A stretch of DNA of 64,000 nucleotides from Polyangiales bacterium (GTDB lineage: Bacteria > Myxococcota_A > Polyangia > Polyangiales > Ga0077539): assembly GCA_044229975.1 (NCBI GenBank), contig JBGARZ010000004.1, forward strand, positions 192,001 to 256,000, in the 5' to 3' direction. Positions 50,231-59,139 of the stretch are shown in pieces. Position 1 is the stretch's first letter. Each line of letters begins with the position of its first letter. Both the position numbers and the translations under genes were made by a program. The notes under the pieces were generated by a model. The model was not told the origin of the DNA, did not search any database, and was given only the letters and a program-made list of their open reading frames with translations.

Positions 50231-51178
50231 ATGCGATCCCTTCTCGTCCCGGTTGCCCTGCTGGGCGTCGCTTGCGCCCCGGTGCCCGACGCCGTCTCCG
50301 AGCGCGAGGGCGGCGTGCCCGCGCTCGACGACTCCCTCCCCGAGCACGTGGCGCAGGCCGCGCAGGCCGCCACCGTGTGCCCGAACGGCGTCCTGCTGCG
50401 CAAGGAGGTGCGCGACCTGTCCTCCACCGAGTGGAACCGCTTCGTCACGGCGGTGCGGACCCTCATGAGCGGCACGAGGCCCACCGCCTACGACCGGGCG
50501 GTCAAGCCCTACGCGGACAACTACGGCTTGACGCATGGCGTCTCGCCGTTCTTCCCCTACCAACGCGCGTTCCTTCGGGATTTCGAGCGCCAGCTCCAGG
50601 CGATCGACCCCAGCGTGACAGTGCCCTACTGGGCCCTGTCGTTCGATTCCCAGGCCCCCGAGGCGTCGTCGATCCTCTCCGCGAGTCGATTCGGCGGGAA
50701 CGGAACCGGCACCTCTCACTGCGTCACCAATGGGGCCTTCGCAGGTTGGCAGCCCTTCTACGAGAGGTTCCACTGCCTCTCGCGGCAGTACAACCTGGGC
50801 AGTCGGATCGGCGCGTTCTACTCGGTCGAGGCCATCAACCGGGTCATCAGCACCAGCACGACGTACGACCAGTTCCGGCAGGCCATCGAGTACACCCCGC
50901 ACTCCCTGGTGCACACCAACATCGGGGGCGACATGGCGACCCGCTACTCCCCCAACGACCCGCTCTACTGGGTCGCCGAAGCCTATTGGGACAAGGTCTG
51001 GTCGGACTGGCAGCAGGCGAGGGCCGTCAACCGGACCGCCTACGGCGGACGGAACGCCAACGGCACCACCGCCCTCCCGACCGACCTCCTGCCGGGCTTC
51101 CCGATCCGCGTGCAGGACACGTTTGACACGAGCGCTCTCTGCTACCGCTACCAGCGCTTCAGCTGGACAGGGCAGTGA
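50231..51178 (+). CDS. Tyrosinase-fold lipoprotein with altered metal ligands
   Basis: RBS AGGAG; lipobox GVAC; RKEVRDLS, FERQLQAIDPSVTVPYW, PHSLVH, GGDM, SPNDP, terminal CYRY. Confidence 0.85.
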   Translation: MRSLLVPVALLGVACAPVPDAVSEREGGVPALDDSLPEHVAQAAQAATVCPNGVLLRKEVRDLSSTEWNRFVTAVRTLMSGTRPTAYDRAVKPYADNYGLTHGVSPFFPYQRAFLRDFERQLQAIDPSVTVPYWALSFDSQAPEASSILSASRFGGNGTGTSHCVTNGAFAGWQPFYERFHCLSRQYNLGSRIGAFYSVEAINRVISTSTTYDQFRQAIEYTPHSLVHTNIGGDMATRYSPNDPLYWVAEAYWDKVWSDWQQARAVNRTAYGGRNANGTTALPTDLLPGFPIRVQDTFDTSALCYRYQRFSWTGQ

Positions 51179-51471
51179 GGGGCTGACGCCGTCGACGCCC
51201 GCTGCGCGCTCCGGGTGATGCTCGACGAGGCCCTGGCGCAGTCGCCGGGGGACGCTCGATGCGCTCGACAGGAGCGGGACGGATGTTCCGGCGGGCGGGT
51301 GTTCGCCGGAGCCGAGAGCCCTGACCGAGAGATCATTGGCGGTTCGCGCGCGCCACCACTCAACCCTGCTCAGGGCACGGCGACGACGCGGAAGCAGCTC
51401 GGGCCGAAGGCGTCGATGCCCGACTGGCGCGGCTCTGCCCGCCGGCGCCGATCTGACCGGCGCCGCAGCTG

Positions 51472-51693
51472 ATGGTGCCGGTGTTGTACTTCGCGGTCTG
51501 GGCCATCTGTAAACCCGAGCGAATCCGGGCCGACGACGGTGCCCCGTTGGACGCCCCATGCGCGGGGTTCGAGCTCACCCCAGAGCAAGAGGCCGGCATG
51601 GAGACCGGGCTTCGTTCGACAAGGGAGGGACGCGTGGTGTCGCTCGAAGAAGCGCACGCCCGGATGACGGCGAAGCTCTCGGCGCTGCGATGA
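51472..51693 (+). CDS. Putative antitoxin-like small protein, possibly decayed
   Basis: ELTPEQEAGMETGLRSTREGRVVSLEEAHARM resembles the C-termini of ParE/RelE partner antitoxins. Confidence 0.4.
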   Translation: MVPVLYFAVWAICKPERIRADDGAPLDAPCAGFELTPEQEAGMETGLRSTREGRVVSLEEAHARMTAKLSALR

Positions 51694-51821
51694 ACCCCGA
51701 CCGGGCGGTGTGCACCGACGACGCCACGATCGACCCGGAGGAGCTGGCGGAGTACCTCGACGCTCCCAACCCCGTCGCTGACCGTCCCGCCCGTTGTTGG
51801 CTCCCGTCGCGTCGTCCCTGA
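51690..51821 (+). pseudogene. Truncated ParE/RelE-like toxin remnant
   Basis: ATGA overlap with the upstream ORF; VCTDDATIDPEELAEYLDAPNPVA resembles a ParE N-terminus; stops at 43 aa. Confidence 0.4.
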
Positions 51822-51833
51822 TACACCCGGCGC

Positions 51834-54563
51834 ATGCCCACGACGCTGCCGCCGCCCGGTGACCCGAAGGCCCTCTACGTGCTCGACCTCTCGGGCTACG
51901 TCTTCCGCGCCTATCACGCGGTCGCGCCGCTCTCCAACAGCAAGGGAGAGCCCACCTTCGCGACGCTCGGCGTCACCAACATGCTGCACTCGCTCGTGCG
52001 CAACCAGCGGCCGCACCTGCTCGCGGTCGCCATGGACAGCGCGTCGCCGACGTTCCGTCACGCGATGTACTCCGAGTACAAGGCCAACCGGCCGCCGCCG
52101 CCGCCCGACCTCTCGCTCCAGATGGCGCGCTGCCGCGAGGTGGCCGAGGCCTACAAGATCCCGGTGCTCCAGTGCGACGGCGTCGAGGCCGACGACCTGC
52201 TCGCCACCTGCGTCGTCGAAGCCCGCAAGCACGGGCTCTTCACCGTCATCTGCTCCGGGGACAAGGACCTCCTCCAGCTCGTCGCCGACGACGTCATCAT
52301 GTGGGACGCGATGCGCTCCCGCATCTACGGCGCCGACGAGGTGAAGGAGAAGTGGGGCGTCCCCCCCAACCGCGTGCGCGACCTGCTCGCGCTCATGGGC
52401 GACAGCTCCGACAACGTCCCCGGCGTGGCCCACGTCGGCGAGAAGACCGCCGCGAAGCTGCTCACGGAGTTCGACACGCTCGACGGTGTGTACGCCAACC
52501 TCGACAAGATCAAGGGGAAGGTCCGCGAGAACCTCCAGCTCCACGAGGCCGACGCGAAGCTCTCGCGCGAGCTCGTGAGCCTCAAGTACGACGTGCCCAT
52601 GACGCTCGACGTCGACGAGCTCACCTACGGCGGATACGACCGCGCGAAGGTTCGCGCCCTCTTCGAAGACCTCGAGTTCACCCGCCTCGTGGCCGCCATC
52701 GACGCCGAGGACGCCAAGGCCGCCGCGACGACCAGCGCCGCCGGGCCCATCGCGGCGGTGGCCGCGGTGTACGAGCCCGTGCTGACGCTCGACGCGCTCG
52801 ACGACGCCATCGCGAAGTGCCGCGCCGCCGGGAGCTTCGCCGTGGACACCGAGACCACCAGCCTCAACGCGGCGTCGGCGGCGCTCGTGGGCGTCTCGCT
52901 GTCGTGGGCGAGCGGCCTCGGGGTGTACCTCCCGCTCGGGCACCGGGTGCTGGGCGACCCGGCGCAGCTCGACCGCAAGGCCGCCCTCGACCGGCTGCGC
53001 CCGCTCTTCGCCGACGCGTCCGTCCGCAAGGTCGGCCAGAACGTGAAGTACGACGACATCATCCTGCGTCGCGCGGGCGTTCCGGTGAGCGGGTACGACT
53101 TCGACACGATGCTGGCGAGCTACCTCATCGACCCCGAGCGGCACACCCACAAGCTCGACGAGATCAGCAAGAGCGAGCTCGGCTACGAGATGGTGAGCTA
53201 CGAGAGCGTCACCAAGGTGGGCAAGGGCAAGCAGATCACCTTCGACGAGGTCGACATCGCGCGCGCCACCCGCTACGCCGCCGAGGACGCCGAGGTGGTC
53301 ACGCGGCTGCGCGCGCGGCTCGAACCGAAGCTCGATAGCGAAGGGCTCACGAAGCTCCTGCACGACGTCGAGCTGCCGCTGGCGCTGCTGCTCGGGCGCA
53401 TCGAGGAGCACGGCGTGCTGGTGGACGCCGCGCACCTGAAGGCGATGTCCAGGCAGGCGGGCGCCGACGTGGTGAAGCTGGAGGCCGAGGCGCACGCGAT
53501 CGTGGGCCACCCCTTCAACGTGAACTCCCCGAAGCAGCTCGAGACCATTCTCTTCGATGAGCTGAAGCTGCCGGTGCTGAAGAAGACCAAGACCGGGCGC
53601 TCGACGGACGCCGAGGTGCTCGATGAGCTCGCCGCGCAGCACGCGCTGCCCAGGAAGATCCTGGAGATTCGCTCGATCACGAAGCTCATCGGGACGTACC
53701 TCGACGCGCTGCCCGGCCTGGTCGACGCGAACGGCCGCGTGCATTCGAGCTTCAACCAGGCCGTGGCCGCGACGGGAAGGCTCTCGTCGGCCGACCCCAA
53801 CCTCCAGAACATCCCGGTGCGGACGCCGCTGGGGCGCGAGATCCGGCGCGCGTTCGTGGCGCCGCCGGGGTGCCTGATTCTCTCTGCGGACTATTCACAG
53901 ATCGAGCTGCGGGTATTGGCACATCTGTCGGGTGATCCGATCCTGGTGGACGCGTTCAAGTCGGGAGACGACGTGCACGTGAGGACGGCGATGGAGATCT
54001 TCAAGGTCGCCAGGGCCGACGTGTCGAAGGACATGCGCGCGAAGGCGAAGACGACGAACTTCGCGGTGATCTACGGGCAGGGCGAGTCGGCGCTGGCGAA
54101 GAAGCTGGGCATCACGCGCGACGAGGCGCAGGAGTTCATCGAGAAGTATTTCGTGACCTTCGCGACGCTGCGGAAGTACCTCGACGACGTGGTCGCCAAC
54201 GCCCGCACGGGCGAAGGGGTGCGCACGCTGCTGGGTCGGCGGAGGTTTCTGCCCGACCTGCACTCGTCCAACCGGGCGCTCCGTCTGACGGCCGAGCGCG
54301 TGGCGCAGAACACGCCCATCCAGGGGACGGCGGCGGACATCATCAAGCTGGCGATGCTGCGCGTGGACGAGCGGATCACGGCGGAGAAGCTGGCGACGAA
54401 GATGGTCTCGTCGGTGCACGACGAGCTGGTCTTCGAGGTTCCGGTGGGGGAGAAGGATGCCGTGGGGCCGCTGGTGAAGGAGACGATGGAGGGGGTGATG
54501 AAGCTCGACGTGCCCCTGGTGGTGGAGTGCGGCTGGGGGAGCAACTGGGGCGACGCGCACTGA
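51834..54563 (+). CDS. polA: DNA polymerase I
   Basis: 5'-3' exo (EADD, DKDLLQ, GDSSDN), 3'-5' exo (DTETT, YAAED), polymerase motifs ADYSQIELR, IYG, IQGTAAD, VHDE. Confidence 0.98.
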   Translation: MPTTLPPPGDPKALYVLDLSGYVFRAYHAVAPLSNSKGEPTFATLGVTNMLHSLVRNQRPHLLAVAMDSASPTFRHAMYSEYKANRPPPPPDLSLQMARCREVAEAYKIPVLQCDGVEADDLLATCVVEARKHGLFTVICSGDKDLLQLVADDVIMWDAMRSRIYGADEVKEKWGVPPNRVRDLLALMGDSSDNVPGVAHVGEKTAAKLLTEFDTLDGVYANLDKIKGKVRENLQLHEADAKLSRELVSLKYDVPMTLDVDELTYGGYDRAKVRALFEDLEFTRLVAAIDAEDAKAAATTSAAGPIAAVAAVYEPVLTLDALDDAIAKCRAAGSFAVDTETTSLNAASAALVGVSLSWASGLGVYLPLGHRVLGDPAQLDRKAALDRLRPLFADASVRKVGQNVKYDDIILRRAGVPVSGYDFDTMLASYLIDPERHTHKLDEISKSELGYEMVSYESVTKVGKGKQITFDEVDIARATRYAAEDAEVVTRLRARLEPKLDSEGLTKLLHDVELPLALLLGRIEEHGVLVDAAHLKAMSRQAGADVVKLEAEAHAIVGHPFNVNSPKQLETILFDELKLPVLKKTKTGRSTDAEVLDELAAQHALPRKILEIRSITKLIGTYLDALPGLVDANGRVHSSFNQAVAATGRLSSADPNLQNIPVRTPLGREIRRAFVAPPGCLILSADYSQIELRVLAHLSGDPILVDAFKSGDDVHVRTAMEIFKVARADVSKDMRAKAKTTNFAVIYGQGESALAKKLGITRDEAQEFIEKYFVTFATLRKYLDDVVANARTGEGVRTLLGRRRFLPDLHSSNRALRLTAERVAQNTPIQGTAADIIKLAMLRVDERITAEKLATKMVSSVHDELVFEVPVGEKDAVGPLVKETMEGVMKLDVPLVVECGWGSNWGDAH

Positions 54564-54871
54564 TGTTCGCAACGGGTCAGGCCGGGCGCGCGGCCCTCGG
54601 GCTGAGGGGCATCGTGGTGGTGTGGAGCCTCGGGTCGTGCGCGACCGCCAGCGGGAGCTGGGAGACGTTGCCTTCGGCCGAGCAGCGGGCGTTTCAGCAC
54701 TGCCAGAACGCCATCACCCTGCGCGAGTGCCCGCCCGTCCCTGGCGCCGCCGACGAGCAGGAGTGCGTCAGCGCCGCGCGGGCGGTGTACGCCGGCATGA
54801 GCGAACCCGCGGAGCGTCGGCGCTGGCTGGCGGCTCATGGGTGTTCGCGGACGAGCGCGACGTCGCCGTAG
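54563..54871 (+). CDS. Small hypothetical lipoprotein
   Basis: TGATG coupling to polA; lipobox LGSC; Cys pairs. Confidence 0.5.
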   Translation: MFATGQAGRAALGLRGIVVVWSLGSCATASGSWETLPSAEQRAFQHCQNAITLRECPPVPGAADEQECVSAARAVYAGMSEPAERRRWLAAHGCSRTSATSP

Positions 54872-54926
54872 GAGCGCGCAACCGGGCTGCACAAGCCGTG
54901 CAGGTGTGCAGCGGCGTTGCGCAGGT

Positions 54927-56711
54927 TCAGGGCGACAGGTAGCGGAGGTAGACGTGGGCACCCGAGACGCCCGTCACCAGGTCGCCGCTCGCGTTGGACT
55001 GGAACACCACGTAGCTCCCGTCGGGGGTGATGGCGCTGGTGTCGGAGATGCCACCGGAGATGGTTCCGTCGAGGCGGCTCGACACGGTGAAGAGGGCGCG
55101 GGTAGCGAGGTCGAAGGTGAGCAGGTCGCGGCCGCTTCCGGGGTCGCCGACGACGAGGTTGGTGGCCTCGCTGTAGAAGAGAACGCGCCCGGTGGCGGTC
55201 ACCCCCGTGGGCATGGACACCCCGTTGGGCTCGACGCCGTCGGCGCGCAGGCTGACGCGCGTGGTGGTGTGCGTCGTGCGGTCGTGCACGTAGACGTCCG
55301 AGCGCCCGTTGGTGTCGCCCGCGACGAGGTTGGTCGCGTCGGACTGGAAGGCCACGTAGCGGCCGTCGCGGGAGATCATCGGGCGCCGCGATGATCCGTT
55401 GGCCTGCGTTCCGTCGGTGGCCACGCTCACGCGCTCGACGGTGTTGCTGGCGCGGTCGCGCACCATGACGTCGTAGAAGTTCGCGGTGTCGCCGGTCACG
55501 AGGTTGGACGCGCCCGACTCGAAGGCCACGTAACGGCCGTCCGTGCTCATGCACGGAAACGCGCTCTCCCCGTTGCCCGGCTCGCCGGTCGCGGTCTGGC
55601 TGATGAGCTCGTAGGTGCGCGCGGCGCGGTCGTAGAGCACGGCCTGGCGGGCCGTCGCGCCATGAAGAAACGCGGCGCCGTTGGTGCGGAAGGCCACGAG
55701 GCGCCCGTCCGCGGTGACCCGCGCGTTGTCGGCGAACTCGCCCGCCGCGAGGCCCGCGCTGACGTGCACGAGCGTGTGGGTGGCGCGCTCGAAGGCGAAG
55801 ACGTCGTTGTTGGCGTTGACGTCACCCGCCACGAGGTTGGTCGACGTGGAGACGAAGACCACCACGCGGCCGTCGCCAGAGATGTCGGCGTTTTGCGCGT
55901 CGCCGTCGCCCTCGGTGGTCTGGTTGGCGGCGAGGCTGGCGCGCTCCCAGGTGTTGAGCACGCGGTCGCGCACGTAGACGTCGTAGCGGGCGTTGGTGTC
56001 GCCCGTGACGAAGTTGGTCGCGCGCGAGTAGACGGCGACGAAGCGCTGGTCGTCGCTGATGGTGGGGCCGTAGGTGACGCCGTTGGCGAGGGGGTCGACG
56101 GACTCGATGGCGCCACAGGTCGAGCCGAGGCAGGCGGTTCCGGTGGCGCAGGCGGCGCCACACGCGCCGCAGTGGAGGCGGTCGTGGGCGGTGTCGACGC
56201 AGCGGCCGGAGCACACCGTCTCCCAGGCGGCGCAGGCGCAGGCGCCGGCGGTGCAGGTGCCGCCGGTGGGGCAGGCGTTGCCGCAGCCGCCGCAGTGGCG
56301 GGCGTCGGTGAGTGGGTCGACGCAGGCGCCGTCGCAGGTGAGGCGGGGCGCGACGCACGGCGGAACATCGACGGCCGGGGGCACATCGACGGCCGGGGGA
56401 ACATCGACGGGCGAGCCCGCGTCGATGGCGACGACATCGGACGCGACATCGGTGACGACGGGGACATCGGTGGCGACGGGGACATCGGTGGCGACGGGGA
56501 CATCGGTGGCGACGGGGACGTCGGTGGCGATGGGGACATCGCGAGTGGGAGCGTCGACGGTGGCGGTGTCGACGGGAGATCCCGCGTCGGTGGCAGGGAC
56601 ATCAGGCTGCGCGTTGGTATCGGGAGCGGAGGCGTCGAGGGCGGCGGTGGTGCCACCACCACAGCCGATGAGAACGAAGGCGAACGACAGCGAGGAAGGG
56701 GAAAACTTCAT
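54927..56711 (-). CDS. Lipoprotein: DVPVAT linker, Cys-rich repeats, TolB-like (PD40) beta-propeller
   Basis: Lipobox LIGC; 18-bp DVPVAT repeats; HCGGCG units; repeated ISxDGRYVAFxSxATNLVxGDTN. Confidence 0.88.
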   Translation of the reverse strand: MKFSPSSLSFAFVLIGCGGGTTAALDASAPDTNAQPDVPATDAGSPVDTATVDAPTRDVPIATDVPVATDVPVATDVPVATDVPVVTDVASDVVAIDAGSPVDVPPAVDVPPAVDVPPCVAPRLTCDGACVDPLTDARHCGGCGNACPTGGTCTAGACACAAWETVCSGRCVDTAHDRLHCGACGAACATGTACLGSTCGAIESVDPLANGVTYGPTISDDQRFVAVYSRATNFVTGDTNARYDVYVRDRVLNTWERASLAANQTTEGDGDAQNADISGDGRVVVFVSTSTNLVAGDVNANNDVFAFERATHTLVHVSAGLAAGEFADNARVTADGRLVAFRTNGAAFLHGATARQAVLYDRAARTYELISQTATGEPGNGESAFPCMSTDGRYVAFESGASNLVTGDTANFYDVMVRDRASNTVERVSVATDGTQANGSSRRPMISRDGRYVAFQSDATNLVAGDTNGRSDVYVHDRTTHTTTRVSLRADGVEPNGVSMPTGVTATGRVLFYSEATNLVVGDPGSGRDLLTFDLATRALFTVSSRLDGTISGGISDTSAITPDGSYVVFQSNASGDLVTGVSGAHVYLRYLSP

Positions 56712-56918
56712 GGATGGGCCTCCGCCGGGATGAGGGCGTGCGGGGCCTCTCGCGCCGTGGAAAGCGCGCTGCGCTGAGAGGACCCATCGACTCCATGAGC
56801 AATCGACGGGCCACGGTTGGTGCGCGATCAGTCGTTGGCGAAGACGTCGTCGACCGAGCGAACGGAGAGCACCCGCGCCGCCCACAGTCGGCGGTGCCAC
56901 GCCGCGGCGTGGGACCCA

Positions 56919-57572
56919 TCACGCCCGCACCCTCAGCGCCAGCAGCTCCGTGCGCCCCAACAACGGGAACCACCGCGTCGCCGCCACGCTCACCGACCAC
57001 GCCGCGAGCTCGCCCGCGTAGCGCTCCTGGTCGATCCTCGGGACGATCAGGTACATCGCCCCGCCCTCTGCGAGGTGCCCCGGCGCCTCCGCGAGACACC
57101 GGCGCACCACGCTCCCGCCGCACCACGCGCGCTCGTCGTCGGAGCCTGCCTCGTGGTCGTGGAAGGGCGGGTTGAAGACAATCGCGTCGAACCGCTGCCC
57201 CGCAAGCTCCGCGAAGAGATCGGAGTGCAGCAGCCGCACCCGCACGCCCATCCGCTCCGCCGCCGTCGCGACCGCGTCGAGCGGAACGTGCGGCAGGTCG
57301 GTGGCCGTCACCTCGAACCCGCGTCGCGCCGCGGCCAGCGCCCAGAAGCCGGCGCCCGTCCCCAGTTCGAGCACCGTCGCGTTCGCCGGCAGCAGGTCGA
57401 GCGCGGCCTCCTGCAACGACCCGACGCCCACACCCATGAACGGCGCCGGGTGATGCACTCCGGGCGCGACGATCAGCGACACGCCGCGGTGCTCGACCGG
57501 GCCCGACCGCGCGAGCGCCCGCTGCGCCAGCACCAACGCCCGCGTGCGCAAGCTGTATAGAATGCCGTTCAA
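56919..57572 (-). CDS. Class I SAM-dependent methyltransferase (HemK/PrmC-like, NPPF motif)
   Basis: TTG start overlaps the upstream stop, with GGAGG RBS; VLELGTGAG, SDLF, FNPPF. Confidence 0.82.
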   Translation of the reverse strand: MNGILYSLRTRALVLAQRALARSGPVEHRGVSLIVAPGVHHPAPFMGVGVGSLQEAALDLLPANATVLELGTGAGFWALAAARRGFEVTATDLPHVPLDAVATAAERMGVRVRLLHSDLFAELAGQRFDAIVFNPPFHDHEAGSDDERAWCGGSVVRRCLAEAPGHLAEGGAMYLIVPRIDQERYAGELAAWSVSVAATRWFPLLGRTELLALRVRA

Positions 57573-58897
57573 GCCTCCTCCAGCGCGGCGACGAAGCGGC
57601 GCATCAGCGCGTGGGCGCCGTCGTCGGAGAGCCGCGGCACCTCGTACGCCAATGCAGCGGTGACCGACCCCGGCAGCGCGGTCACGGTGAGCCCCACGCC
57701 CGGCTGTCGCGGCAACCCGCTCAGGCAGTACACGCGCCGCACGCGCACGCTCGCCGGGAGACGGAGGCCCTCCGGCACGCGGATGTGGCTGAACAAGAAC
57801 GAGTACATGAACGACGACCTCCGCTCGTCGAGCCACCGGAAGAACGCCCGCATCGCGAACGGCGGCAGCGTCGCTCCCAACAGCGCGAGGGCTACCGGGG
57901 TGGCGAGGGCGAGCTCGGGGTCGCGACCGGCCCGCAGGCGATCGGCGAGCCGTCGCACGAGGTCGTCGCCATCCACCTCCGCCGCGGTGAAGTCGGCCTC
58001 GATGACGCCGATGTGGTTCTGGAGCGAACGCCCGACGCCAAACTCGCCGCGCAGGTCGACCGGGACCAGCGCCCGGAAGGTCTCGTCGCCCATCCCCCGC
58101 TCGCGCCGCCACGCCGCCGCCGCGCGCAGAAACGCCGCCAGCAGCAGGTCGTTGCGCGTCGCCCCGAGTCGCGTGGCCCGCTCGCGGAGCCGCGCCCAGA
58201 CCGTCGGGTCGACGTCGACCACCGCGCAGCGCAGCGACTCGCCGCGGGCCTCGACGCGCTCCAGCAGCGCCGCCCGCCGCTCGCCGAAGCGGCGCGCCCC
58301 GGCGACGTTGGCGCGCAGCAGCGACGCGGTGAAGCGCAGCCCGCGACGTGCGAGCAGCCGACGGAGGCTGGCGCCGCTCGGAGCGACGGGATCGGGGACG
58401 ACCGCAGGCTCGCCGTCGAGGAGGCAGTAGCGGGTGAGGAGCGCGTCGAAGAGCGCGAGCGCGCCGACGCCGTCGGTGACGCTGTGGTGCAGCGTGAACA
58501 CGAGCTGGTACCCGCCGCCCGGCCGCGGCGCGTGCAGCAGGCGGACGGGCGCCGTCGTCGCGAGGTCGAGGGTGCGCCCGAACCAGTCGGCGTCGTTGAG
58601 GTCGATGGGATCGTCGCTCCAGGTGAGGAGGCCGTCGGCGCCGCTCCACGAGGTCGCCGGGGCGGCGAAGCGCGTGAGGCCGACGGGTGACTCCTGGACG
58701 TAGCTGCGCAGCGTCGGCACCGACGCGACGAGTCCGGCGAGGGCGCCGTCGAGGATCGCTCGGTCGAAGGGAGCGTCCGTGTCGACGACGTGGTGCGTGG
58801 TCATCGGGCGACCCGGGTAGGTCTGCGCGACGATGGCGCGGTCCATCCAGTTCATCTCCAGCGCGTGCGGTGCGGGCGCGCGGCGGGGGAGGTTCAT
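57569..58897 (-). CDS. Stand-alone condensation-domain / CoA-dependent acyltransferase
   Basis: HHSVTDG (HHxxxDG), ATRNDLLLAA, VPVDLR. Confidence 0.82.
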   Translation of the reverse strand: MNLPRRAPAPHALEMNWMDRAIVAQTYPGRPMTTHHVVDTDAPFDRAILDGALAGLVASVPTLRSYVQESPVGLTRFAAPATSWSGADGLLTWSDDPIDLNDADWFGRTLDLATTAPVRLLHAPRPGGGYQLVFTLHHSVTDGVGALALFDALLTRYCLLDGEPAVVPDPVAPSGASLRRLLARRGLRFTASLLRANVAGARRFGERRAALLERVEARGESLRCAVVDVDPTVWARLRERATRLGATRNDLLLAAFLRAAAAWRRERGMGDETFRALVPVDLRGEFGVGRSLQNHIGVIEADFTAAEVDGDDLVRRLADRLRAGRDPELALATPVALALLGATLPPFAMRAFFRWLDERRSSFMYSFLFSHIRVPEGLRLPASVRVRRVYCLSGLPRQPGVGLTVTALPGSVTAALAYEVPRLSDDGAHALMRRFVAALEEA

Positions 58898-59028
58898 GCG
58901 GTGCGACCGTACACCTCGACGCGGGCGCCGGCCCCAACGCATCCGGCGAGTACGACGTGCTCCCGCTCGGCGCGACCGCGGTCCTCGAGCGGCTCACCCG
59001 CTGAGCGCGGAGGGGCGTGGGTTGGCGC

Positions 59029-59057
59029 TTGACGCGCCATGCTCGATGCGACACAAA
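59029..59057 (+). promoter_or_regulatory. Possible sigma70-type promoter for the ncRNA-abi unit
   Basis: TTGACG at 59029-59034; weak -10 (CACAAA) 17 bp downstream. Confidence 0.35.
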
Positions 59058-59121
59058 CCCATCCAACACGCCCGCCTCGCCTCTGCCGAAAGGCACGCGC
59101 ACTAGGCGGGCTTTTTCATTT
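59058..59121 (+). ncRNA. Candidate AbiF-associated structured RNA (RNA antitoxin or attenuating leader)
   Basis: Outer stem GCCCGCCT 59070-77 with AGGCGGGC 59104-11; inner TGCC-GAAA-GGCA hairpin 59084-95; T-tract 59112-16; directly 5' of the abi ATG. Confidence 0.6.
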
Positions 59122-59139
59122 CTTCGGCGTGGGTCTGCG

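Noticed and set aside
56919..59102. 727-aa ORF as one protein
   Set aside because: The N-terminal ~510 aa are a frame shadow of the condensation gene; the methyltransferase starts at TTG 57572 with its own RBS.
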